DNA of 64,000 nt from an uncultured Vicinamibacteraceae bacterium (GTDB taxonomy: Bacteria; Acidobacteriota; Vicinamibacteria; Vicinamibacterales; UBA8438). This document shows, one piece after another, positions 50,305 through 58,168 of the stretch. The position numbers were made by a program, and so were the translations under genes. The DNA lies in NCBI GenBank assembly GCA_964342695.1, contig CAYFFV010000010.1, positions 5,146 through 69,145 of the forward strand, written 5' to 3'. The stretch's first letter is position 1. The number at the start of each line of letters is the position of its first letter. The notes beneath the pieces were generated by a model. That model ran no database searches. It worked only from the letters and a program-made list of their open reading frames with translations, and was not told the DNA's origin.

Positions 50305-51260
50305 ATATTCTCAAAAGCGCGAAAGACTTATTCGTTAGTCCAACACCTCACGTTTTTGTTGAGTTTTCAAAAGAACGTCTCACTGTGGTTGTTTTTGAGC
50401 GCAATGTGAGAGGGCTGGCGATAAAAGAATTTCGGGAAAAACCCCTAGGGGAGGGAATACTAAATGCCAGTTTTCTGTCTCGCAATGTACAAGACGCAAA
50501 GGGTTTGAGAAGTATTCTTCAGGACGCGTATGGAACTGTAAAGAGGCGCCATAATCGTATTGGAATAGCTTTGCCTGACTCCATCGTTAAAATATCGCTA
50601 GTAGATCTTGATACTGTTCCAAAAAGCAGGAAAGACCTTGATAGTGTAATTCGGTGGAGTATAGAAAAATCTATACCTTTTAATCTTGATGAGGCGCAGG
50701 TCTCTTACGCCCTCCAAAAAATAAATGAAAATCAAAGGCAAAGGTTTATTGTTCTGACGAGCAGAAGAGAAGTCGTTCTGGAATACGAGCGGTTATGTGA
50801 GTCGATTGGATTACAGGCAGGTCTAATTGTTCCATCATCGATAGCTGTATCAAAACTTTTGCACACATTTTCTGCTCACGCGAAGTCTGGCGACTGTCTC
50901 TTTGTAAATTCGACTATCGAATCTGGAAGTATTGTGATTTTAAGAGATGAGAATATTGTTTATTTTAAAACTCTTTCATCCGTTAGAACTGAAGACCTCG
51001 CGACTCTTGTTCATCAAACAAACATGTATTACGAGGATCGGCTAAACGGAAAAGGTTTTGACCGAATATTTTATTTAGGGGGCGAAAACGATCGTGAAGA
51101 ACTTGAGTTACAGAAATCCATTTTATTCCCCCTAGTTAGTTTGTCGAAAATCATCGTTGTGACCGAAAATGAAATATTTCAGAAGGTTCCATTTTCAAAA
51201 AAGGCTCTCTGCGCAGCATCAGCCGGTATGGCGTATGGATTGAATAATTATCAGGCATAA
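50301..51260 (+). CDS. PilM/GspL-like cytoplasmic assembly protein (tentative)
   Basis: The call rests on position after the ATPase, the 319-aa soluble protein, and the ATGA overlap with the upstream gene. Sequence similarity to PilM was judged by eye only. Confidence 0.5.
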   Translation: MNILKSAKDLFVSPTPHVFVEFSKERLTVVVFERNVRGLAIKEFREKPLGEGILNASFLSRNVQDAKGLRSILQDAYGTVKRRHNRIGIALPDSIVKISLVDLDTVPKSRKDLDSVIRWSIEKSIPFNLDEAQVSYALQKINENQRQRFIVLTSRREVVLEYERLCESIGLQAGLIVPSSIAVSKLLHTFSAHAKSGDCLFVNSTIESGSIVILRDENIVYFKTLSSVRTEDLATLVHQTNMYYEDRLNGKGFDRIFYLGGENDREELELQKSILFPLVSLSKIIVVTENEIFQKVPFSKKALCAASAGMAYGLNNYQA

Positions 51261-51261
51261 G

Positions 51262-51825
51262 ATGAATAAACTTAATCTCTCGACTAAACCGTTTTATAAC
51301 GAGCGGATTATTAATTTGATTTTGGGTGCCTCAATAGTTTTTCTTTTTTTGTTTTTCTTAAAAGGAGTTTCCCAACTTGGGGTTCTTCTGGATCAAGAGA
51401 GCGCTCTTCAGAGACAACTTTTAGAAGAACGTGGGGTAAGTGAGGCTCTGGCAGCCGAAGCCATTGAGTTGCTTCGTGAATCTGGCCCGACGGATTCAGG
51501 CGGAGTGTCCGAGGAGATGGAGATTGCTCGAAGACTGGTCGAAAGACGGATTTTTTCTTGGTCAGCATTTCTATCCAATCTAGAGAACGCAATACCACCA
51601 AGTGTTATGCTGACCGCGGTCACTCCTCAGATTTCCGACAATGCTATCTCTTTCTCGCTTGGTATCAGAGGACGAACTGCAAATGATTTAAACATTTTCC
51701 TTGAAGCGCTTGAAGAAGAATCAGAATTTTCAGAATTGTTAATCAAGGAAGAAGAATTAATCCAGGGTGGAGACTATACAGGGGTTCTCGAAGGGGTGTA
51801 CAGAGGAGTGAAATATCAACAGTGA
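51262..51825 (+). CDS. PilN/GspL-C-like bitopic assembly protein (tentative)
   Basis: N-terminal LNLSTKPFYNER followed by a TM segment, as in PilN. 187 aa. Confidence 0.55.
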   Translation: MNKLNLSTKPFYNERIINLILGASIVFLFLFFLKGVSQLGVLLDQESALQRQLLEERGVSEALAAEAIELLRESGPTDSGGVSEEMEIARRLVERRIFSWSAFLSNLENAIPPSVMLTAVTPQISDNAISFSLGIRGRTANDLNIFLEALEEESEFSELLIKEEELIQGGDYTGVLEGVYRGVKYQQ

Positions 51826-52403
51826 GTATTCAGAGAATATGGCGCGAAAAACGTTTCGCGATAATTGTTCTTATAGGAATGGGCGTGGTGGATGCCGGCC
51901 TTCTTGTGCTAGGTGTTCTGCCTTTGAACCGTAGGCTTGGCTCGTCCGGTGAAGAGATAGAGCTTGCGTTAAGGGAACGGGTTGAGCAAGAAAGAAATCT
52001 CGAAGAATCGAAAAAGAGAAATCTCTTTGCAAAGAATGCGAGGGAAGACTTAGACGTATTTTACGAGACTCTTTTGCCGTCGAACGTTAAAGTTGCAAGA
52101 GCTGCCCTTTATCGAGGAATCAGCAACCACGCTTCTTCGGAACGATTGGTTTTAGAAAGACGACTTATTCAACGCGAAGAGGGCGAGAGCGACCTCTCTC
52201 CCCTGAGTCGGCTCGAGGCTACGATTCGTCTTTCAGGCTTGTACAGTGAAATCAGAAGGTTTATCGATAAACTTGAGACAGCAGATGATTTCATTGTTAT
52301 CGACAACCTGACTCTAGGATCAAGAGCAGGGATTGATGAAAATACTCTGGTTCTCACTATGCGGTTATCTACATATTTCATAGAAACGGAAATTGAATCG
52401 TGA
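51822..52403 (+). CDS. PilO/GspM-like bitopic assembly protein (tentative)
   Basis: Single N-terminal TM, then a coiled coil and an alpha/beta domain. The GTGA overlap places it in the operon. Confidence 0.5.
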   Translation: MSIQRIWREKRFAIIVLIGMGVVDAGLLVLGVLPLNRRLGSSGEEIELALRERVEQERNLEESKKRNLFAKNAREDLDVFYETLLPSNVKVARAALYRGISNHASSERLVLERRLIQREEGESDLSPLSRLEATIRLSGLYSEIRRFIDKLETADDFIVIDNLTLGSRAGIDENTLVLTMRLSTYFIETEIES

Positions 52404-52972
52404 TTTCGCGCTGGCCCCTCGCTCGAATGTACACGACGGGCTTTTTCTGTCTCATTTGTATTGGGTGTTTAGAAGATTCTTTTGATAATGATTCTTTAAC
52501 TCAAGCGATTCCAGATCTGAACTCATCTCGGACAGATAATAGCGAGGATTTCAATATTCATCGAGAGCTTTCTTTAAAAGAAGTTTTTGAAAGCGCGAGA
52601 GAAGAGAACCGAGTTGACTTTGTGAGCGATCGGAACCCATTTCAGTTTGATCTGCAGAAAAATGATCGCACCGATTCTGGTGAAGAGATCCCAGAAATAA
52701 CAGTTTTCCCTGTTGAGCAGGTCAATATTGGTGACTCTTCAAGAGATCGCTCGAGCACCTTGGTAGATAATTTGAAACTAATAGGGCTTGTTGATGTAGA
52801 GAGTGACGGAGTGACAATAGCCGTCTTCTCTGACGGGTCCCGAGTTTGGCAGGGGCGCTTAAATGAGGTAATCGCTGGCGAATACTTGATAAAGGGAATA
52901 AGCATGTCGTCCGTGCAGATTGAAGTCCTAAGTGACGGCCAGACGAAGCGTCTCACCCTTGAAGGTATTTAA
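52400..52972 (+). CDS. PilP/GspC-like anchored periplasmic protein (tentative)
   Basis: N-terminal hydrophobic, Cys-containing anchor. The C-terminal beta-rich LIGLVDVESDGVTIAVFSDGSRVWQGRLNEVIAGEYLIKGISMSSVQIEVL resembles the PilP/GspC HR domain. Confidence 0.5.
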   Translation: MISRWPLARMYTTGFFCLICIGCLEDSFDNDSLTQAIPDLNSSRTDNSEDFNIHRELSLKEVFESAREENRVDFVSDRNPFQFDLQKNDRTDSGEEIPEITVFPVEQVNIGDSSRDRSSTLVDNLKLIGLVDVESDGVTIAVFSDGSRVWQGRLNEVIAGEYLIKGISMSSVQIEVLSDGQTKRLTLEGI

Positions 52973-53001
52973 GGGTAAGATTGATTTAATAGGTTTCTGA
53001 A

Positions 53002-55266
53002 ATGGCTATAGATAAAAGAAAAACCGCTTGCATCCGTGTCTTTTTAGCGATTTTGGTTCTTTGTAGTGCTGTTTCTTGCGCCAGCTCAAGGGCTTTTCGG
53101 AGTGGAGACGAGTCAGCCGAAATAGGTGATTGGGATGCGGCGGTAGAACACTATCGGGCGGCCCTTCAAAAAGATCCAAGAAATCCTGATTACAGGATCG
53201 CATTGCAGAGAGCGATGTTGAACGCTTCAAGGGCTCATCTTGAACGTGCGAGTGCTTTTGAAGATGAGGGAGCTCTCTTCGATGCAGCAAGAGAGTACCG
53301 TTTGGCGGCAGACTTTGACGCGGCAAATAGTTATGCTTCGGATAGAGCTCGAGAGTTAGACAGAAGGTTGCGAGATCAGCGAGAAGCGTCTGAACCAAAG
53401 GCGCCGATAGACGAAATGAGGGATCTTGCACGGAGAGAGGTGGAAGCACCTCTTCTAAGTCCGGCCTCGCGAGAACCCTTGAATCTTCGATTTAACGATC
53501 AAAGTCTTCGAAATATTCTCGAATTTATTGGTAATGCGACAGCTGTGAATGTGACGTATGATTCCGCTTTTCAAGACCGAAGGTACTCGGTTGATTTGGA
53601 GGGCGTGACAATTGAAGAGGCCTTGGACCAGATTCTTACGGCAAATCAATATTTTTATAAGATAGTAAACCCAAAAAGTATCATCGTGGTTCCAGAAACT
53701 CCTCAAAAGAGAGCAATGTACGAGGAGCAGGTTATACGAACCTTTTACATTTCAAATGCTGATGTTCAGGAACTTGCTACTTTATTAAGTCAAGTGGTTC
53801 GTGTACCGCAAATGGCTGTTCAACCCCAAATAGTACCGAATATAACATCAAACACTATTACCGTTCGTGCGACCACTGCTGTTGCGTCGGTAATTGAACA
53901 GGTTATTCAAGCGAATGATAAGCCGAGAGCGGAAATTGTTGTCGATATCGAAATTCTTGAGGTTAATCGAGATCGTGCAAAAGAATTCGGACTCGATCTG
54001 ACTCAATACGCCTTAGGCGCTGTTTCCGCCCCTAATGCTGACAGGTCGACTCTATCTACATCGCCAAACTTTGCTTCACCGCCCTTAGCGAGAGCGGGAG
54101 ATTTTTTCTTTTCATTGCCCTCGGCTGTAATGAATTTTTTGGAGACAGATGCAGAAACAAAGCTAGTCGCGAAGCCCCAACTTAGAGGGCAGGAAGGGAC
54201 CACTCTGACCCTCAATCTTGGCGACGATATTCCCGTTCCGGCTACGGCATTTACCCCAATTGCTGCGGGAGGAGCCACCGTTAACCCTCTCACATCGTTT
54301 AACTATAGACCTGTTGGCGTCATCGTTGAGATGACACCGAGAGTAACATTTGAAAATGAAATAATTCTTGATTTAGAAGTCGAAAACAGCACTCTTGGTC
54401 CTAGCGTTAATGTGGCAGGACAATCCTTGCCAACGTTTGGAACCCGTCGGGTTATAACCAGGTTGCGGCTTAGAGACGGCGAATCAAATCTCTTAGCTGG
54501 ACTACTCCGAGAGGAAGATAGACGTTCTCTGCGTGGCTTTCCTGGGCTGCTTCGGCTGCCAGTGCTGAGGCAACTTCTTTCTGCCAACGACAACACAATC
54601 AAACAAACAGATATCATTATGTTGTTGACCCCTAGAATTGTCAGGACGCATGAATTGACCCAAGAGGATGTAAGTCCTATTTTTATTGGGACTCAAAGAA
54701 ATATTGGGTTGAGCGGTCCTCCACCCCTGATTGATGTAGACGCTGGGAGCAGGCTTGCTGAGGGTCTTTTAAGACCTGAAGTTGCGACCGGTTCAGTCGA
54801 TAGTACTGTTTCAGTATTGCCTGATCATCAAGTTGGTGGGCAGTTCTCCCAAATGTCGCTTATTCAAATTGCTTCACCTGATCATCCTTTGCGAGCTGGA
54901 GCCGGAAGTCATTCATTTCCCATTTCAATCATGGGCGCGTCGGACTTGACCACATTGACCCTGAGTCTAGATTACGACCCTTCACGCTTGAGAGTAAGAA
55001 CAGTTCAGGAGGGTAGTTTTATGAGACAGGGCGGTGCGGAGGTTGTTTTTGCGCAACAAGCGGACACAGATGAGGGACGTCTTGATTTAGCTTTGACTCG
55101 AACTGACGATGTTTTGGGAGCTTCTGGAAGTGGCATAATAGCGGGCGTTCTTTTTGAAGCACTGGAATCGGGAGAGACCACACTCAATCTTAGTGGGTTT
55201 GGATTGACAGGCTCGGGTTCTCCAGCATCGGTAGAATTTGGCTCAACAACGCTCACAGTGAATTAA
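53002..55266 (+). CDS. secretin (GspD/PilQ family) with an N-terminal TPR-like lipoprotein module and a C-terminal cohesin-like module
   Basis: Lipobox-like LCSAVSC. TPR-like helices (WDAAVEHYRAALQKDPRNPDYRIAL). Secretin core (LVAKPQLRGQEGTTLTLNLGD...LLAGLLREEDRRSLRGFPGLLRLPVLRQLL...IIMLLTPRIV). The C-terminal 138 aa look like a cohesin beta-sandwich (FPISIMGASDLTTLTLSLDYDPSRLRV). Confidence 0.85.
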   Translation: MAIDKRKTACIRVFLAILVLCSAVSCASSRAFRSGDESAEIGDWDAAVEHYRAALQKDPRNPDYRIALQRAMLNASRAHLERASAFEDEGALFDAAREYRLAADFDAANSYASDRARELDRRLRDQREASEPKAPIDEMRDLARREVEAPLLSPASREPLNLRFNDQSLRNILEFIGNATAVNVTYDSAFQDRRYSVDLEGVTIEEALDQILTANQYFYKIVNPKSIIVVPETPQKRAMYEEQVIRTFYISNADVQELATLLSQVVRVPQMAVQPQIVPNITSNTITVRATTAVASVIEQVIQANDKPRAEIVVDIEILEVNRDRAKEFGLDLTQYALGAVSAPNADRSTLSTSPNFASPPLARAGDFFFSLPSAVMNFLETDAETKLVAKPQLRGQEGTTLTLNLGDDIPVPATAFTPIAAGGATVNPLTSFNYRPVGVIVEMTPRVTFENEIILDLEVENSTLGPSVNVAGQSLPTFGTRRVITRLRLRDGESNLLAGLLREEDRRSLRGFPGLLRLPVLRQLLSANDNTIKQTDIIMLLTPRIVRTHELTQEDVSPIFIGTQRNIGLSGPPPLIDVDAGSRLAEGLLRPEVATGSVDSTVSVLPDHQVGGQFSQMSLIQIASPDHPLRAGAGSHSFPISIMGASDLTTLTLSLDYDPSRLRVRTVQEGSFMRQGGAEVVFAQQADTDEGRLDLALTRTDDVLGASGSGIIAGVLFEALESGETTLNLSGFGLTGSGSPASVEFGSTTLTVN

Positions 55267-55287
55267 GAGGGCGTAATTAATAAATTT

Positions 55288-55770
55288 ATGAGGTTCTTTT
55301 TGAGAGAGAGTGCGGCTGGGTTCTCATTTGTAGAACTCTTAATTGCCAGCGCTCTTATCCTTGTATTGGCATCCGCCGCTGTTCCCCTGACTCAGGTCAC
55401 TATTCAACGTCAAAAGGAAATTGAGCTTAAGCGGTCTCTTCGCATTCTTAGGTCTGCGATTGACTCATACAAGGATGCTGTTGATTTGGGCGAAATTGAT
55501 AACGATGTTGAGGACGGTGATGAGACAGGCTATCCACCGGACTTAGAAATATTGGTGACCGGTGTAGAGACGTTAAGTGAGGGGAGCGGTGCGAGACGAA
55601 AATTTTTGCGGCGCATTCCAGTTGATCCGTTTACTGGAGACTGGAACTGGGGGCTAAGGTCATATGAGGATTCAGCAACGGCTTCCCGCTGGGGTGGTGG
55701 TAATGTCTACGACGTTTATTCAACAAATAGAGGCCGAGCGCTTAACGGAACGAGGTACAGAGATTGGTGA
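55288..55770 (+). CDS. GspG-type pseudopilin
   Basis: Prepilin leader ...AAG/FSFVELLIASALIL with Glu at +5, and the GYPPDLEILV...IPVDPFTG GspG-like core. Confidence 0.8.
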   Translation: MRFFLRESAAGFSFVELLIASALILVLASAAVPLTQVTIQRQKEIELKRSLRILRSAIDSYKDAVDLGEIDNDVEDGDETGYPPDLEILVTGVETLSEGSGARRKFLRRIPVDPFTGDWNWGLRSYEDSATASRWGGGNVYDVYSTNRGRALNGTRYRDW

Positions 55771-56165
55771 CTCGTCTAATAAGCAACCAGAGAGGCTGGA
55801 CTCTTGTTGAAATTACTGTTGTTATTTCACTGATTGCAATTCTTGCGTCGATTGCGATCGTAGGATATCAAAACGCAATCACCCGCTCAAAAGAAGCTGT
55901 TCTATTGGAGGATCTGTTTCAGATGCGAAATGCTATAGATCAGTATTATGCGGATAAAGAGGAATACCCTCCCTCGCTCGACGCCCTTGTTATTTCAAAC
56001 TACTTACGAGCAATCCCTGTTGATCCATTTACGCGCCTAAAAGACACTTGGGTTATTGAACAGCCTCAGCCTGGGATCCTGGATCCTTTATCCCAAGGGG
56101 TTTTTGACGTCAGAAGCGGTTATGAGGGCACCGCAATTGATGGGACTTCTTACAATGAGTGGTAG
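55764..56165 (+). CDS. GspG-type pseudopilin
   Basis: Leader ...QRG/WTLVEITVVISLIAILASIAI with Glu at +5, and YPPSLDALV...IPVDPFT. Confidence 0.85.
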   Translation: MVTRLISNQRGWTLVEITVVISLIAILASIAIVGYQNAITRSKEAVLLEDLFQMRNAIDQYYADKEEYPPSLDALVISNYLRAIPVDPFTRLKDTWVIEQPQPGILDPLSQGVFDVRSGYEGTAIDGTSYNEW

Positions 56166-56724
56166 TTTTAAACGCTTAAGCGGAGGCTATGCAATGGCGG
56201 GTTTACTAGTGGCGACTGCCGTCATGGCCATACTTGTCTCAGTAGCCGTACCGGCTTGGAGCCAAGTGCTTTTGATAGATCGTGAAGCTGAATTGGTTTT
56301 TCGAGGAGAACAGTATGCGAGGGCCATTGAACTATATCAGCGAACGTTCGCAGGCGCCTTTCCTCGAGATCTCGAAACGCTTATTGAGGGAAGATTCTTA
56401 CGGAAGGCGTACGGGGATCCTATGTTAAAAGATCAAGAATTTCGTCTTATTTTTGAGGGCGATTTGGACACGGATGGAAAACTGGAAGAGGAACATGGAC
56501 CTGGCAGACGAATGGCTCATCAGGGGAGCTCGTCGATGGGGCTTTTGGGTGTTGTTAGCCGTAGTGAAAAAACGTCTCTCAGGCTTTACAAGGGTGAGTC
56601 TGAATACAATAAATGGTTGTTTATTTACGGCCAAGGGGGCATTGAAAACAGCACTGAGTTTGGGGAAACTCAGGACGACGTGTTGACTGTCGGAAGAGAA
56701 CTTGAATCTTCAGAAGGACCCTAA
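56155..56724 (+). CDS. atypical pseudopilin-like protein (no Glu at +5)
   Basis: MSGSFKRLSGG/YAMAGLLVATAVMAILVSVAV hydrophobic N-terminus and a FPRDLETLIEGRFLRKAYGDP core similar to the two upstream pseudopilins. The start is placed at ATG 56155, not the track start at 56056. Confidence 0.6.
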   Translation: MSGSFKRLSGGYAMAGLLVATAVMAILVSVAVPAWSQVLLIDREAELVFRGEQYARAIELYQRTFAGAFPRDLETLIEGRFLRKAYGDPMLKDQEFRLIFEGDLDTDGKLEEEHGPGRRMAHQGSSSMGLLGVVSRSEKTSLRLYKGESEYNKWLFIYGQGGIENSTEFGETQDDVLTVGRELESSEGP

Positions 56725-57789
56725 AGTTTTATTTTGTAATTCGCTAAGCACCTCAAGAACAGCATTATGAAAACGCGGGCGCAAAGTTAGTAGCTTTTCA
56801 TTCGTCCTCGAGGGGTGGACCCTGTTAGTGAGTAGAGCAACGTAAATATCTTTTTCAGGGTCAATCCATAATGAGGTTCCTGTAAAACCTGTATGGCCAA
56901 TAGATCTTTTCGAAAACGAAGACCCGCAAGAGGAAGTGGGCAGCATAGTATCCCACCCAAGGGCGCGCGAGCTTTTTTTGGGCTCGGCCTGAGTGACAAA
57001 GTTTGAAAAAGTCGAACTTGAAACAAGATCGCTTTTTCCTAAAAAGCTTGAGCAAAGTGTCTGCGCAAAACGACCAACCGCCCTCACTGAAGCAAAGAGG
57101 CCTGAGTGTCCGGCAGCTCCACCCAAAGCTGAGGCGTTCTGATCGTGCACCTCACCACAGAGCAAGCGACCTCGCCAGGCGTCAAACTCTGTGGGGGCCG
57201 TACGACCCTTCCAGGATACAGGAGGACGAAAGCGTATATCACCCCAACCAAATAATTGAGAAACTTCCAAAAACAATTCATCAAATCCTGTCATGTATAA
57301 ATCTTCCAAAATGAAGGCTAAAAGGATAAAACCGAGATCGCTATATACAGAACAATCTCGAGGATCATACTCAAGGGGCAATCGACATATTGCGTGTTCA
57401 AATTCCAAACGACCCTTGCAGTCCACATAAAATGGCATGTGACTTGTTAGACCTGATGAGTGAGTCAGGAGATCTTTGATGTTTACGGATTCTCTGTCCG
57501 CGCCCCGCCATTCCGAAAAAAACTGTTTGACGGGAGTCTCTAGGAAAAGGAGCTTTTCATCGACTGCTCTCATCAGAAGAGTGGTTGTAGCGATAACTTT
57601 TGTCAGAGAGGCAAGGTCGTATACAGTATCAGCGGTTATTGAAGTCTTTGGATTATTGGGTTTTAAATGTCCAAACGATTCTTCCCAAAAGATTTTCTCG
57701 CTTGATCCAACCTGGACGGAGGCTGCAGGGAATGCGTTATTGTTGACACCCTCTTTGAGTATCATGCGGGGCTTATTGAATGAATCCAT
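56710..57789 (-). CDS. serine hydrolase, beta-lactamase family, no obvious signal peptide
   Basis: S-x-x-K motif LASLTKVIATT and HTGFTGTSLWIDP near the C-terminus. Confidence 0.8.
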   Translation of the reverse strand: MDSFNKPRMILKEGVNNNAFPAASVQVGSSEKIFWEESFGHLKPNNPKTSITADTVYDLASLTKVIATTTLLMRAVDEKLLFLETPVKQFFSEWRGADRESVNIKDLLTHSSGLTSHMPFYVDCKGRLEFEHAICRLPLEYDPRDCSVYSDLGFILLAFILEDLYMTGFDELFLEVSQLFGWGDIRFRPPVSWKGRTAPTEFDAWRGRLLCGEVHDQNASALGGAAGHSGLFASVRAVGRFAQTLCSSFLGKSDLVSSSTFSNFVTQAEPKKSSRALGWDTMLPTSSCGSSFSKRSIGHTGFTGTSLWIDPEKDIYVALLTNRVHPSRTNEKLLTLRPRFHNAVLEVLSELQNKTLGSF

Positions 57790-57936
57790 GCTCTAATATT
57801 GAAAAAGTTGTCACCTTAATTGTTAGCCGGAGTTTAAACGATTAAGACTGGAAGCTAGAGTTTTGTCTATTTCACCTGAAGAGGTTACTTGGGTCAAGTG
57901 GAGGACGGTATTCGCGTGTTTTAAATTCGTTTGGGG

Positions 57937-58085
57937 TATAATCACTTTATATTATGCGCATGGGTTTTTCACTTCTTGGTTTTATTAACTCCCGTCAGCA
58001 CGTGACTGCGCCTCGATTGATCCTGACCACAGAAGAATCAGGTTACCGTGGCGGGTGATGTAGCCGAGTTTTATTGATTTTAAAG
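57937..58085 (+). promoter_or_regulatory. candidate promoter (-10 TATAAT at 57937-57942) plus a leader of about 140 nt, with a 34-codon ORF (57954-58058), upstream of hom
   Basis: The TATAAT was read directly. The leader ORF is MRMGFSLLGFINSRQHVTAPRLILTTEESGYRGG. The segment GTGATG (58055-58060), which contains the leader stop codon, can pair with the left arm of the downstream terminator. Confidence 0.35.
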
Positions 58086-58116
58086 GCCATCACTTACGCT
58101 AGGTGATGGCTTTTTT
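58086..58116 (+). terminator. intrinsic terminator inside the hom 5' leader (candidate attenuator)
   Basis: gccatcac-ttacgctag-gtgatggc: 8-bp perfect stem and 9-nt loop, followed by TTTTTT. It lies 52 nt upstream of the hom ATG. Confidence 0.7.
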
Positions 58117-58168
58117 ATTAGGAATCACAAAAACGTGTTAAGCAGGAAGTTTTAGTAGGAAATTAGAT

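Noticed and set aside
57954-58085. Considered a T-box leader upstream of hom, because GGTTACCGTGGCGGG loosely recalls the T-box GGTGGTACCGCG core.
   Set aside because: The match is poor and out of order. No specifier-loop or stem I architecture is evident, and the leader seems short for a T-box. It is kept only as an unclassified leader in the findings.
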